DNA of 64,000 bases from Mustelus asterias. Lineage: Eukaryota. The notes beneath the pieces are model-generated. The model did no database searches. It was not told the DNA's origin and was given only the letters and a program-made list of their open reading frames with translations. Location of the stretch: assembly GCF_964213995.1 (NCBI RefSeq), contig NC_135812.1, positions 84,940,001 to 85,004,000 on the forward strand. Reading direction: 5' to 3'. How positions within the stretch are numbered: the stretch's first letter is position 1; each line of letters starts with the position of its first letter. Both the position numbers and the translations under genes were made by a program. Below are positions 24,305 to 37,429 of this stretch, in pieces.

Positions 24305-24455
24305 TCAACCATGGCTCAGGGGTAGGTATCCCTTACCTCTGAGTCAGAAGGTTGTGGGTTCAAGCCCCACTCAAGAGCACATAATCCAGGCTGACACGTC
24401 AGTATGGTGCTGAGGGACTGCTGCACTGGTGGATGAGAAGTATAAATAGGGGACT
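24305..24455 (+). mobile_element. Ancient Deu-domain SINE (SacSINE1/AmnSINE-like) remnant
   Basis: ctgagtcagaaggttgtgggttcaagccccactc..gagcac..aggctgacac..ctgaggga.tgctgcactg. Confidence 0.55.
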
Positions 24456-24555
24456 GCTAGGACACTGAGATAAGAATGGAGTGTTGAGACTGAACAAAGT
24501 TAATAAACTCTCTAATAAACAAAACACAGGGTGGAATTTCCCCATATGGGGACTA

Positions 24556-25260
24556 AGTGTGGCACAGTGGTTAGCACTGCTGCCTCACAGCGCTCGGGTT
24601 CGATTCCAGCCTCGGGTGACTGTTTGTGTGGGGTTTGCAAGTCCTCCCTTTGTCTGCATGGGGTTCCTTCGGGTGCTCCGGTTTCCTCCCACAGTCCAAA
24701 GATGTGCAGGTTAGATGGATTGGCCATGCTAAATTGCCCCTTAGTGTGTCCCAAGATGGATAGGTTAGGGGGGTTTGTGGGGAGACGATGGCCTAGCTGT
24801 ATTATAACTAGACAATTAATCCAGAAACTCAGCTAATGTTCTGGATTAGAATCCCGTCACGGCAGATGGTGGAATTTGAATTCAATAAAAAAAATCTGGA
24901 ATTAAGAATCTACTGATGACCGTGAAACCATTGTCAATTGTTGGAAAAACCAATCTGGTTCACTAATGTCCCTTAGGGAAGGAAATCTGCCATCCTTACC
25001 CGGTCTGGCCTGCATGTTACTCCGGAGCCACAGCAATGTGGTTGACTCTCAACTACTCTCTGAAATGGCCCAGCAAGCTACTCAGTTCAAGGGCAATTAG
25101 GGATGGACAATAAATGTTGGCCCAGCCAACGATGCCCACATCCCATGAACGAATAAAAAAAATACGTGGGGTTACGGGGTTAAGATGGGATGCTCTCGAA
25201 GAGTCAGTGCAGACTCAATGAGCCAAATGGCCTTTTTCTGCACTGTAGGGTTTCTATAAT
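24556..25260 (+). mobile_element. HE1-like V-SINE with nested tRNA-SINE family 2 (24783-25162)
   Basis: The V-SINE resumes at 25163 after the nested element's A tail. Confidence 0.8.
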
Positions 25261-26009
25261 TATAAATCCTGTGGCGGGGCGGGAATCTAGAGTGTTTCCC
25301 ACTGTGGAGGCTGGTGGGAAAACATGTCAAGTCCTCTGGCCTGCACATCATTATTTACGTACCCAGGTGCTTTGCACTGTATACTGTGGTGGGGCAGGCC
25401 CGGATAGCATGTTGTCTGCTGTCCTATCCAGATGCCATATTGCAAAGGCACTTAACATCACTGACTCACTATTGAAGAAAGAAGGTGGAATTGCTGATAA
25501 AAGAAAATGGATCTTCAGGAACATTCTGAGGCTGGAAGATGAAACCCCCTCCAGGACACTGAATCTGGAAGGTCCACCTGCAGATGCTGCCCCCACCCAC
25601 TGCTGTAGTGTTCTGGGCTCTAGGGTTGCTGATGGCCTCTATCCTGAATTCCGAAGGCAGCCCCAGGCATTGTTCAGATCTGTCCTGACATTGGCACGCC
25701 ATGGTGTTCCCATCCCATTAGCAGACTGCAAATTAATTCCAAGCTGGCCTCCAGTGGGTTTCCGATCTACTATGGTGAACACCAACAAAAGATCCTGTGG
25801 GAAATTAACACCAGGATAAAACCAATATTCGGGCCTCCTGCCAAATTCCCCTCCCCAACTCACAACCCTACCCATCAGCGAAGCCCGGGCAGAGGCTTGG
25901 GAGAATTCCACATGCTATATCTTGGTTTCAACTTCACCAATCGGCTTGGATGCTGTTAACACAGGACGATGGAGCTAAATCTCAAGTTTTTCTCCCTTTT
26001 TACCTCCAG

Positions 26010-26182
26010 GGATCCCAGATGAGCTGATTGAAAAAGGCAAAGACTTGAAAAGCATCACTGAAATAGTTCAGACTGGAAATGACTTTAAAATCACAATAAC
26101 AATCAGAAGTAATGCGATTCACAATGAATTTACCTTTGGGCAGGAAACTGATTTTGCAACAATAACAGGGAGCAAGATCAAG
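26010..26182 (+). pseudogene. FABP1: FABP1-like exon 2 (GIPDELIEKGKDLKSITEIVQTGNDFKITITIRSNAIHNEFTFGQETDFATITGSKIK)
   Basis: Strong pyrimidine tract plus CAG at 26007-26009; 173 nt as in FABP1 exon 2; similar to [23 protein letters not shown]...[20 protein letters not shown]. The donor reads GCACAA. Confidence 0.9.
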
Positions 26183-26219
26183 GCACAATTTGTCGACTCC
26201 ACATTTGCCATAATCACAA

Positions 26220-29200
26220 TTAGAGTCATAGAGGGTTACAGCATGGAAACAGGTCCTTCGGCCCAACTTGTCCATGCCGCCCTTTTTTTTTAAAACCCAT
26301 ATGCTCGTCCCAATTGCTTGCATTTTGCCCATATCCCTCTATACCCACCGTACCCATGTAGCTGTCTAAATGCTTTTTAAAAGACAAAATTGTACCGCCT
26401 CTACTACTACCTCTGGCAGCTTGTTCCAGATACTCGCCACCCTCTGTGTGAAAAAATTGCTCCTCTGGACACTTTTGTATCTCTCCACTCTCACCTTAAA
26501 CCTATGCCCTCTAGTTTTAGACTCCCCGACCTTTGGGAAAAGATATTGACTATCTAGCTGATCTGTGCCCTTCATCATTTTATAGACCTTTATAAGATCA
26601 CCCCTCAGCCTCCTATGCTCCAGAGAAAAAAGTCCCAGTCTATCCAGCCTCTACTTATAACTCAATCCATCAAGTCCCGGTCGCATCCTAGTAAATCTCT
26701 TCTGCACTCTTTCCAGTTTAATAATATTCTTTCTATAATAGGGTGACCAGAATTGCACACAGTATTCCAAGTGTGGCCTTACCAATGTCTTGTACAACTT
26801 CAACAAGACGTCCCAAGTCCTGTATTCAATGTTCTGACCAATGAAACCAAGCATGCTGAATGCCTTCTTTGCCACTCTGTCCACTTGTGACTCCACTTTC
26901 AAGGAGCTATGAACATGTACCCCTAAATCTCTTTGTTCTGTAACTCTCCCCAATGCCCTACCATTAACTGAGTAAGTCCTGCCCTGGTTCAATCTACCAA
27001 AATGCATCACCTCGCATTTATCTAAATTAAACTCCATCTGCCACTCGTCAGCCCACTGACCCAGTTGATCAAGATCCCGTTGCAATTGGAGATAACTTTC
27101 TTCACGTCCACTATGCCACCAATCTTGGTGTCATCTGCAAACTTACTAACCATGCCTCCTATATTCACATCCATGGAAAGAGTCCAAAGATGTGCGGGTT
27201 AGGTTGATTGGCCATGCTAAAAATTGCCCCTTAGAGTCCTGAGATGCGTAGGTTAGAGGGATTAGCGGGTAAATATGTAGGGATATGGGGGTAGGGCCTG
27301 GGTGGGATTGTGGTCGGTGCAGACTCGATGGGCCGAATGGCCTCCTTCTGCACTGTAGGGTTTCTATGATTTCTAAATCATTAATATAAATGACAAATAA
27401 CAGTGGACCCAGCACTGATCCCTAAGGGACACTGCTGGTCACAGGCCTCCAGTGTGAAAAACAACCCTCTACAACTACCCTCTGGCTTCTGTCAAGAAGC
27501 CAATTTTGTATCCATTTAGATACCTCACCCTAGATCCTGTGAGATTTAACCTTATGCAGCAACCTACCGGATGTATTCCCTCTCAGTATGGATGTGATGT
27601 TTTCCTGATCAAAAGTGCAACTCCCCCTCCTCTCTTACCTCCTGTTCTTTCATGTGCATTTTGTCAAAGGCCTTGCTAAATTCCATATAGACAACATCAA
27701 CTGCACTGCCCTCATCTATCTTCTTGGTTACCCCTTCAAAAAATTCAGTCAAATTTGTGAGACATGATTTTCCACTCACAAAGCCATGCTGACTGTCCCT
27801 AATCAATCCTTGCGTCTCTAAATGCCTGTAGATCCTGTCTCTCAAAATACCTTCCAACAACTTACCCACCACTGATGTGAGGCTCACTGGCCTTAGTTCC
27901 CAGGCTTTTCCCTGCAGCCGTTTTTAAACAAAGGCACATTTGCCACCCTCCAATCTTCAGGCACTGCACCTGTGACTATCGATAATTCAAATATCTCTGC
28001 TAGGGGACCTGCAATTTTCTCTCTAGCCTCCACAATGTCCTGGGATACAAAGATCGAGGGATTTATCTACCTTGATGCGCTTTAAGACTTCCAGCACTTC
28101 CTTCTCTGTAATATGTACACTCCTCAAGACATCACTATTTATTTCCCCCAGTTCCCTAACATCCATGCTTTTCTCAACAGTAAATATTGATGAGAAATAT
28201 TAATTTAGGATCTCACCCATCCCTTGTGGATCCACACGTAGATTACTTTGTTGATCCTTAAGCGGCCCTACTCTCTCCCTTGTGACTCTTTTGCTCTTTA
28301 TGTATTTGTAGAAGCTCTTTGGATTCTCCTTTGGCTTATCTGCCAAAACAATCTCGTGTCCCCTTTTTGCCCTCCTGATTTCTCTCTTAACTCTACTCCT
28401 ACACCCCCTATACTCTTCAAGGGATTCACTTCATCCCAGCTGCCTATGCATGTCATGTGCCTCTTTCTTCTTCTTGACCAGGGCCTCAATATTCCGAGTC
28501 ATCCAGGATCCCCTACTTCTGCCAGCCTTGCCCTTCACTCTAAGAGGAATGTGCTTAACCTGAACTCTGGTTAACACACTTTTGAAAGCCTCCCACTTAC
28601 CAGACGTCCGTTTGCCTTCCCACAGACTGCCCCACTTAACTTTTGAAAGTTCCTGCCTGAAACCATCAAAATTGATCTTGCCCCAATTTAGAATTTTAAC
28701 TTTTGGGCCAGACCTATCATTCTCCATGGCTATCTTAAAACTAATAGAATTATGGTCACTGGTCCCAAAGTGATCCCTCACTAACACTTCTGTCACCTGC
28801 CCTTCCTTATTTCCCAAGAGGAGGTCAAGTTTTGCCCCCTGTCTAGTCGGGCCATACACATACTGAATGAGAAATTCCTCCTGAATACACTCAACAAATT
28901 TCTCTCCATCCAACCCTCTAATACTATGGCTGTCCCAGTCAATGTTGGGAAAGTTAAAATCTCCTTCTATTACTACCCTATTTATCTTGGAGCTATCTGT
29001 AATCTCCTTACATATTTGCTCCTCAATTTCCCGCCAACTATTTGGGGGCCTATAATGCAACCTTATCAAAGTGATTTCCCCCTTCTTATTTCTCAGTTCT
29101 ACCCATACAGACTCAGTGGCTAAACCCTCGGATGTATTCCCTCTCAGTATGGCTGTGATGTTTTCCTGATCAAAAGTGCAACTCCCCCTCCTCTCTTACC

Positions 29201-29345
29201 TCCTGTTCTATCTTTCCTATAGCATCTGTACCCTGGAACATTGAGCTGCCAATCCTGTCCCTCCCTTAACCATGTTTCAGTAATTGCTATAATATCCCAG
29301 TCCCACATACCCATCCATGCCCTGTGTTCGTCTGCCTTGCCCGTC
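26220..29345 (-). mobile_element. CR1/HER1-like LINE, most of ORF2 (APE endonuclease and RT), disrupted
   Basis: DIIAITETWL, YRPPN, GDFNFPNIDW, SDHN, SQHGF..KSCLTNL, FSKAFD, LGPLLFVIYINDL, LVRPHLEYCVQFWSP; nested SINE at about 27181-27375. Confidence 0.92.
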
Positions 29346-29429
29346 ACAGAGAAAATATTTCCTTCATGTTCGACAGTTTACCAAAGGGTTTACAATCTCA
29401 TAAACAAATAATCCACCATGGTTTTCACA

Positions 29430-29680
29430 AAAGGATCCAGAGGGGCAATTCTTTCACACAGAGAGTGGTGAGTGTCTGGAACGAACTGCCAGAGGTAGTA
29501 GTAGAGGCAGGTACAATTTTGTCTTTTAAAAAGCATTTAGACAGTTACATGGGTAAGATGGGTATCGAGAGATATGAACCAAACGCAGGCAATTGGGACT
29601 AGCTTAGTGGTTAAAAAGGGTGGCATGGACAAGCTGGGCCAAAGGGCCTGTTTCGATGCTTTAAACCTCTATGACTCTAT
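29430..29680 (+). mobile_element. CR1 3'-end fragment
   Basis: QRVVSVWNELP..FKKHLD plus tail. Confidence 0.8.
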
Positions 29681-30827
29681 TATCACTTTACATATTTTTT
29701 AACTGTGTCATATGGTCCAAAGGGCAAACATTACTCCAATATTCTTTTCATTCCAATACTAAATTTGGCTGTAAAGTATTTTGTGATGTCCTGAGTTCAT
29801 GAAAGGTGCTATGTAAATGCACTTCTTTACTTTTATTCACTACCTATATCAAATTTTGATATTCATCCGCTAGTTTATACTGTAGAATAACCTTTACCTC
29901 ATAATCTTCCTGCAAATTGTTATATGAGTATATAAAACACAAAAGGAAACCATGAATAAATACACAAAAGTATGTTTGCTGGGAGAGTGAAGGACAGTGA
30001 AAGATAACGATGGAGCATCCAAGCTTTTTCCATTTCCGGCACCATTCTCTGGCTGCTCAGTTGTTTGAGAGAGTTTGTCCTCCGTGCGACATTTTCTATA
30101 GTTTCTTGCCTCCTGGCAACTTTAATAACTTCTCCTCCTTATCGGTGGGACACAAGAGCATCAAGTCTGCAGGCACTCTCCGCCATTTAATCTTCCCGAT
30201 AGATTAGAAAGACCCAGGTCCTCAAGACACAAGAGTTCAGTGGCTTCTGTGTTGACAACCCTCGCCAGCACAAGCGGATGAGCTTTATCAGAAGTAATTG
30301 GAGTTAGTGAGCAGAAGATCTGACATTTGGAACAAGCCTCGGCCATTCAGCCAGAGTCAAATCGATATTTCAGACCCACCAATTATTCAAATTATCAAAA
30401 TAATTTTGATGTCCTAAAAGATCTAAGTGTGGATAAACAATTATGTTCTCCTCAATTTTCTAAATAGTTTTGTGGTTTCATAAAGGCTCAGCCTGACAGA
30501 ATGCATGTAAATTCTCAGACATCTACACCTGGCATATTTTATGACTTTGAAATTATTTTGAAAATCATCTGGGCCGCAGCTGTGTGTATGTCAGAAATCC
30601 CTGATCATGGAGTGTCAGGATGTAGGAACAAAAGACGGTCCCATAACATCCCTCAAGCTTGTGTAGCCAGACAGTTAGATCATGGCTAATCTCTGAGCTA
30701 AAACGTTAAACATTTATGACACAGAGGAGGGCCGCTCGGCACATCAAGCCTATCCAGACCCAGAGCTAATCCCACTTTCCAGCTCTTGATCCGAAGCCTC
30801 CTGGGTTACAACGCGTCAAGTGGTATC

Positions 30828-31105
30828 TGATGCGCGATTGATTCACACGGGAGGCTAGGACGTACCCGGGAATAAAGGCTTTTATTCACAACAAAATTGG
30901 AGCACACTACTTAACAATACTATCCCAGACTAAGGGCTACTAGGAAGTAGCAGTGACCTTTATACTCCTGTAAGAAGGCGGAGCCTAACGGAGTGTACCA
31001 CATAAACAATGATAACAGGTGGAACACCCCAACCCTAACCCCAACAGTAACAAGAGTAACATATGTACAAGTATCCATAGTGGTAACCATCTATGGTTCA
31101 CCACA
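30828..31105 (-). mobile_element. Solo LTR, family A
   Basis: TG...CA ends; 5-bp TSD GTATC; inserted in a CR1 3' remnant. Confidence 0.85.
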
Positions 31106-32878
31106 GTATCCAGGTCTCTTTGAATGTGATGAGTGTTTCTGCCTCTGTCAGCTTCTCAGGCAGTGAGTTCCAGACCCCCTTCACCCTCTGGATGAAATAG
31201 TTTCTCCTCACCTTCCTTTTACTTCTTCTGCCAGTTATTTAAAATCTATGCCCCTAGTTACTGACCTTTCCGTTCGGGGAAATCAGTCCAACCATCCAAC
31301 CCATCTAGAATTTATTGCAAAAATCTCAAGGACTGTGGCTGTATATGGAGAAATCCCTGTTCAAGGAGTAAAGGAAAGCAGGAACAAAATAAGGCCAGTC
31401 AGCCCCTCAAGCCTGTTCCATCATATCATAAATTGTATAATCTCTCCTCTTTTCCGAAGAAAACAATCCCACCTTATCTGTAATGTATTCATTGATTTGC
31501 TGTGTATCTTTTATATCTGACTTATCTCAGAGCAATGTAGAGGTAACAATAGTTCTAAATCTACAACATGTTTATTTACAGTACTTTAAAATATCTTAGT
31601 AATCACAAAGGATTTCTACACACACCTGATCTGAGCTCAGATTCTGAAGCCTTCTGAATGACGTCAGATACATAGCTCCCAAGCTCCACCTGCAGTCTTA
31701 AGCAATTAAGCACAGTGAACATGGATCAGTGAACAGACTAATACAATCAAAAATAGATCAATTAAACCATTGAACACTATGGGGCAAATATTCCTGTCCC
31801 ACCCACCATGGGAATCGTAATGGGTGAGGGGCAGACTATGGAAAGGTCCATTGACCTTAGGCATGATTTTCTGGTTTCAGAGCGAGCACAGCTGGAATTT
31901 TGCTGGATGCTTTGATTATTAGAAATTAAAGGGGGCCCAGATTGTTTTACTGGAAAGAAGGTGCATGGCATTTACACTTGGTAACAATGGCAGCAGCCTG
32001 TGTGCCAACAATGAATAGATCATGAATTCCAAAGTCCCAGAAAAATGTTGAGAATGTCAGCATGTGAACAGTCACCCTTTAAACTGACCATTTCCTTCCA
32101 AGATAAATGAGAGTTGTGGGTTCAAGAACGGTTATTCAACATTTCTACCTAGATATAAAGCCCATGTGATTCCGGTTGCAAAGGAGATGGATTTTAAGAA
32201 GGGGTAAGTCTTGGATATCCCTGGAAACTCACAGAAAAATTTAGTCTGCCAGGATCCAGGAGAGAGAGGGCAGCTCTCGGCAGAAAGACACTTTGGTTTA
32301 CCATACAGGAATGCAGATGGGAGCTCAAGCTCGGATTTAAAAGACAAAATTCATGAGGAGTCAAAATGAGGCTGGAAGATTTGCAGTGGAGGGAGAATTT
32401 CCAAGGGGGGAGAAACACATTGTGAAAGATAGTTCTGAATTTAAAAGTTCTCAGGCTAAGAAAGGAAAAGAACAGAAGCAAACCTCTGGAGGTAAGAATC
32501 ACCTTGGACTGACTCCAAGTGAATTGAGTGTCTACTCACAGTGTATATCTGTGAAGTGTGTTTTCACTTGTGCTAAGGCATAAATGGGATTTTTTTTGAT
32601 TTCAGGGATAAGTTGCTTACAAAAAAGTGGGGTTCAGTTGGGGTGAGGGAGTTGGTAGTTCAATGGATCCCACAAGAGTCGGAAACATGTGTGTGGGGTG
32701 ATTTAATTAGGCAGGAGGCGAAATTTCGAACATCAAATCACGTGTCATCCTTTCACCTGTTAACTGGAAGTTCAGATTTATTTTTTTAAGTTATCAGATT
32801 TTGCTGAGATTATAGCAAATTCCACATGTATATTAAAGAGCAGATATGAAGCTTTACTTTTGTTCTGTTTTGTTTCAG

Positions 32879-32970
32879 TCTGTGTGAACATGGATGGTGC
32901 AAACAAATTCATTGTCAAGCTAAATTCAGTAACATCCGTCTCTGAGCTGAGCGAAAACAAATTGCTTGAT
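32879..32970 (+). pseudogene. FABP1: FABP1-like exon 3 (S-V-VNMDGANKFIVKLNSVTSVSELSENKLLD)
   Basis: Acceptor ttttgtttcag and donor GTAAGT at 32971. It is 92 nt, one short, so phase 0 reads TCT GTG TGA. Similar to [31 protein letters not shown]. Confidence 0.85.
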
Positions 32971-33554
32971 GTAAGTACTTCTTCATTCGTTTCACTAAGA
33001 AACTAATTCCTGTTGTGTCAGCTCCTCAGTCTTAATGATTGCACACTGAGTAGAAACTTTTAAAGTACCAAAGAACTTGGCAAGTTACCAATTCAAACCC
33101 GGTTTTAAGTTTCATACCTCTATATATTGCCCTCTCACAGTTTTGTGGCAGTACTCAGTTTCCGCTGCCTCTGTCTGAAACATTGAAGCAAGGTGCTCAC
33201 TGAATCAGCTGATGGATGAAGAAATAGGGAGGAATTTTCTCTTTTATTGATGTGTCGTGTCAGGCGGGAAAGGCAATGTATAACCCGCTGGCCTGACTGC
33301 TGACTTTTCCGGCCATATTTCTGGACACATTTCAGAAGAAATCCTGGAGGCGGATCCCAAGACCCAAAGTGAGATGAGCTTTGAATCTTGGCCCCTAACA
33401 GATCATTTAAAGGGCGCTCCAATCTGAAAGCAATAAAAATAACAATAGAAAGACAAATAGCCTACAGCCCATGGATCAGAAACCCCCTTCCCCCCCCCCC
33501 CCTCCCCCCCCACAGACTGGGATCTCCCCTCCTCCCGCAGGGAACACCCTCCCC

Positions 33555-33862
33555 AAACATCCCCACGCACTCCGGACATTCTCTCTTCCACCTTTTCCCA
33601 TTGGGAAAAAGACACAAAAGCCTGAGGTCTCATACCAACCGACTCAAGAACAGCTTCTTCCCTGCTGCCATCAGACTTTTGAATGGACCTACCTCGCATT
33701 AAGTTGATCTTTCTCTACACCCTAGCTATGACTGTAACACTATATTCTGCACTGTCTCCTTTCCTTCTCTATGAACGATATGCTTTGTCTGTATAGCGCG
33801 CAAGAAACAATACTTTTCACTGTATCCCAATACATGTGACAATAATAAATCAAATTAAATCA
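33555..33862 (+). mobile_element. Rex1-like LINE 3' end
   Basis: PTHSGHSLFHL.P.GKRHKSLRSHTNRLKNSFFPAAIRLLN plus (aaatc)n tail; other copies at 44950-45285 (-), 45740-45855 (+) and 49340-49510 (-). Confidence 0.7.
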
Positions 33863-34776
33863 AAGGAAGCCTCCTTAGCAATGCCCAGGCACTGCGCCCT
33901 GCCAAGATATTGCCAAGGTACTGCTCAGGCATCACTCTCTCCCACCTCCCTGGAGTCTGTACTCATCCGTGTCCCCCCTGCAGGGATTGTTGCTGGGTTT
34001 CCGTTTATCAAAACCTATTGTCAACCCCGCCGATGTGGCATCCTTGTGGGGGCGGTGTGTGTGTGTTGGGGGGGGGGGGAGGTGATGATACAGCGGGGAA
34101 GACTGCTAATGGTATTTTAATGTATGGTAATGGAGTTCCCGACCTTCCATGGAGGGAATCCCATTACGTCATTAGTGGGGAGTGGGGGGGGTGGGGTCAA
34201 TCAAGGGGGGAAATCCCACTGCTGTGAAAACCCTGGGCCCTGTCACCATGGATGGGAAATCCCCACCCCCCCCCCCCCAACCCCATTCACTTTACCAAAT
34301 GCTTTCTCAGAGTGCATAATGACATAATTTTCAAAAGTAATCACAAATATCTGAAAAATACCCAGGCCGTGGCTAATATTAACTCGGGAGATAAAACGTT
34401 TCATTGAATACTCTGATTAAACATCTTGAAATGAAGAAATACAGAAATTCTGGAACATGGCCACCAATCTGGCAATTTTAAATGGAGCATAGATAATGTT
34501 AGCAAAGGGAATTTGTGCTACACTACAGTGGAAATTGTCTTCAAGATTACCTTTATAGAGAACAGCCTCTTTGTAGTTTGCAGTTGCCACCTAATGTGAC
34601 ATAAAATGTATTCATTATTCAAACTTGAACCTGCTTTAGTGAACGCTAGATATTCATAAGGAGTACTTGATAATAATCCGAAATGTCCTCTATTCAGAGG
34701 TTTCACAGCAATTCCCAAATATCATTTTTTCTATTTAGAAAAACATTCAGCAAAAAATATATTTTTGTTCTTTCAG

Positions 34777-34827
34777 ATACTCACTATTGGCGATATCACC
34801 CACAAGAGAATCAGTGAAAGAATTTAG
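34777..34827 (+). pseudogene. FABP1: FABP1-like exon 4 coding part (ILTIGDITHKRISERI*)
   Basis: Acceptor tttttgttctttcag; matches the FABP1 C-terminus TMTLGDIVFKRISKRI*. Confidence 0.9.
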
Positions 34828-34870
34828 GTAGGCTGCTCCATCATTAGTGTCTCAGTCCTGAGTTGCTTCA

Positions 34871-34895
34871 AATAAAGCAAGCATACAACAATAAA
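34871..34895 (+). terminator. Two AATAAA polyadenylation signals of the FABP1-like gene
   Basis: AATAAA at 34871 and 34890, 44 and 63 nt after the stop codon. Confidence 0.65.
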
Positions 34896-35579
34896 GTTGT
34901 CGCATTGGTCAATTTTGTAAAAGAACAAACCAATGAGTTACATCAGAGTGGTCACTTACATTACCCTTGAGTGACAGTAACAAAGGGTGGAAATAGCAAT
35001 GGCACATTCTCCCCGTTTCTGCATGGCTTTCCTCTGGGTGCTCCGATTTCCTCCCACAGTCCAAAGGTGTGCGGGTTAGATGGATTGGCCATGCTAAATT
35101 GCCCCTTAGTGTCAGGGAAACTAGCTAGGGTAAATGCATGGGGATAGGACCTAGGTGGGATTGTGGTTGGTGCAGACTCGATGGGCCAAACGACCCCCTT
35201 CTGCACTGTAGGATTCTATGTCTACGTTCTATGGCCTAGTGGTATTATCACTAGACTATTCATCCAGAAACTCAGCTCATGTTCTGAAGACCCGCATTTG
35301 AATCCCACCATGGCGGAATTTGAATTCAATAAAAAAATAGCTGGAATTAAGAATCTACTGATGACCATGAACCCATTATTCATTGTCAGAAAAACCCATC
35401 TGGTTCACTAATGTCCCTTTAGGGAAGGGAATCGGCTGTCCTTACCTGGTCTGGCCAATATATGACTCCAGAGCCACAGCAATGTGGTTGACTCTCAACT
35501 GCCCTCCAAGGGCAACTAGGGATGGGCAATAAATGCTGGCCAGCCAATGACGTTCAGGTCCCATGAATGAATAAAACCT

Positions 35580-36102
35580 ATGATATGGAGATGCCGACGT
35601 TGGACTGGGGTGGGCACAGTAAGAAGTCTCACAACACCAGGTTAAAGTCCGACGGGTTTATTTGGTAGCACGAGCTTTTGGAGCGCTGCCCCTTCATCAG
35701 GTGAACCTGATGGTTCCCGTTTATCAAAAGCTATTGTAAACCCCGCCTATGTGGCATCCTTGTGGAGAGGGGGGGGTGGGGGTGGGGGGGGGGGGGGTGA
35801 TGATACAGCGGGGAAGCCTGGGAAGCCTCCATGGTATTCCCCCTTTCCCCCCTTGATTGACTCTACCCCCAGCTCTCCCCCCCCCCCCCCCCACCCTTCT
35901 CCCCCTCCATTGAAGGTCGGGAACTCCATTGCCTTACATTTAAATACCATCAGCAGGCTTCCCCGCTGTATCATCACACCACCTCCCCCCCCCCCACCCC
36001 CAACAAGGATGCCACATCAGCAGGGTTTACAGGGTTTAGCTTTTGATAAACAGGAACCCAGCAAACAAAATAAACCTGTTCAACTTTAACCTGGTGTTGT
36101 GA
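35580..36102. mobile_element. Penelope pseudo-LTR arms enclosing an inverted duplication of another repeat
   Basis: Outer arms at 35630-35665 and 36066-36101; inner inverted pair at 35712-35820 and 35830-36058. Confidence 0.65.
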
Positions 36103-37429
36103 AAAAAAAAATCGATACTTAACTGCAATCACAGTGGTGCAAACTGATCAGTTTTCATCTCTGGAGATCAGAGTTCTGATGTGTCGGGTGAGGGAGGAAA
36201 GAGAGAGGAAGAACAGGGCAGTTGGTAAGGAAAAGAGAAAGTAAAGAGAGCAATGAAAATAGGAAATGAGGATAGAAAAGCAGGCTGGAGTCAAAAGGAG
36301 AGAAAGATCGAAATTCCTTTCACTCTGATTATTTAGATCTCTAGTTCATACTCCTGCCCAAATGTCTTTGCTCCTGTCACAACAACACAATGACAGTACC
36401 ATCTCACCTTTATATCCATCCACTGCCCTAATGAAGATGATAGCTGTCACTTATGGAAAATGGAACACTTTTCAGAATTTGGTGATAAATGTTAGCATTA
36501 AGCACACCCTCACTATGCTACTGAACAATGCACTCCCTCAGCTTAGTAATGCATCTTTTAAGTTTAAGATTACTTATTAGTGTCACAAGTAGGCTTACAT
36601 TAACACTGCAATGAAGTTACTGTGAAAATTGTCCAGTCACAACACTCCGGAGCCTGTTCGGGTACACTGAGGGAGAATTTTAGCATGGTCAATGCACCTA
36701 ACCAGCACGTCTTTTAGACTGTGGGAGGAAACCGGAGCACCCGGAGGAAACCCACGCAGACACGCGGAGAAAGTAGACAGTGACCCAAGACGAGAATCGA
36801 ACCCGGGCCCCTGGCGCTGTGAGGCAACAGTGCTAACCACTGTGCTACCCTTTTATTTAAACTGTAGATGTGTGTCCACTCACACTGCTGTGATTTTTTT
36901 TTCATCTCCAACAGAAGGCCCCTTTGTAAATTCTCTCTGAGACACTGATGACTTTTTTTTTTGTGCTGTGGGCCCAGACCCATCAAAAACAGAGCTGGGA
37001 TTCTAAACATAACCATTTACAGTAAGGGAGGAAAGAGATTTTCATCTCACCAGTCTTGTCTTGCTCCAAACCCACTGTCCGAAAATAAAACATCTCACAT
37101 GACCCATCAAAGAGACATCCAGCAGAGAAACAACAAAATATAAAAAAATCAGAGTGTGAAGACCAATGTCATTCCTGGGGGAGAATCTGACCAAAAAAAT
37201 CCTAAGGGCCAAACGAGTGTGAAAACAGGAGAGAGTGGCACCCATTTTTTTGGTGAGCTCTCAGACACGACTTATGCCACTTAGTGCAAAAAAAGGGGCA
37301 AAGTGTGATTCACGCCAGTACGGGAGTGAACAGTGTCTATTCAGCTGGAAAATTGGTTGCTGACAGCGAGAGTGTGCCATTGCACATGAGCTGATCTCTC
37401 CGTGTTCTGTGTACAATTGTACAATTAAA

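Larger units (their letters stand above)
21280..34827 (+). pseudogene. FABP1: FABP1 (liver-type fatty acid-binding protein)-like gene, 4 exons and 3 introns, apparently disabled
   Basis: Four exons in the canonical FABP order with near-canonical sizes: 68, 173, 92 and 51 nt versus expected 67, 173, 93 and 51. Lesions are +1 in exon 1, -1 in exon 3, and an exon 2 donor reading GCACAA. Confidence 0.85.

Noticed and set aside
25190-25911. 209-aa and overlapping ORFs
   Set aside because: Starts in a SINE tail and lies in a repeat also seen at 48040-48260; no host-protein motif.
21280-32970. Compensating +1/-1 frameshifts restoring the FABP1 reading frame
   Set aside because: The shifted frame hits TGA within the first five codons of exon 2.
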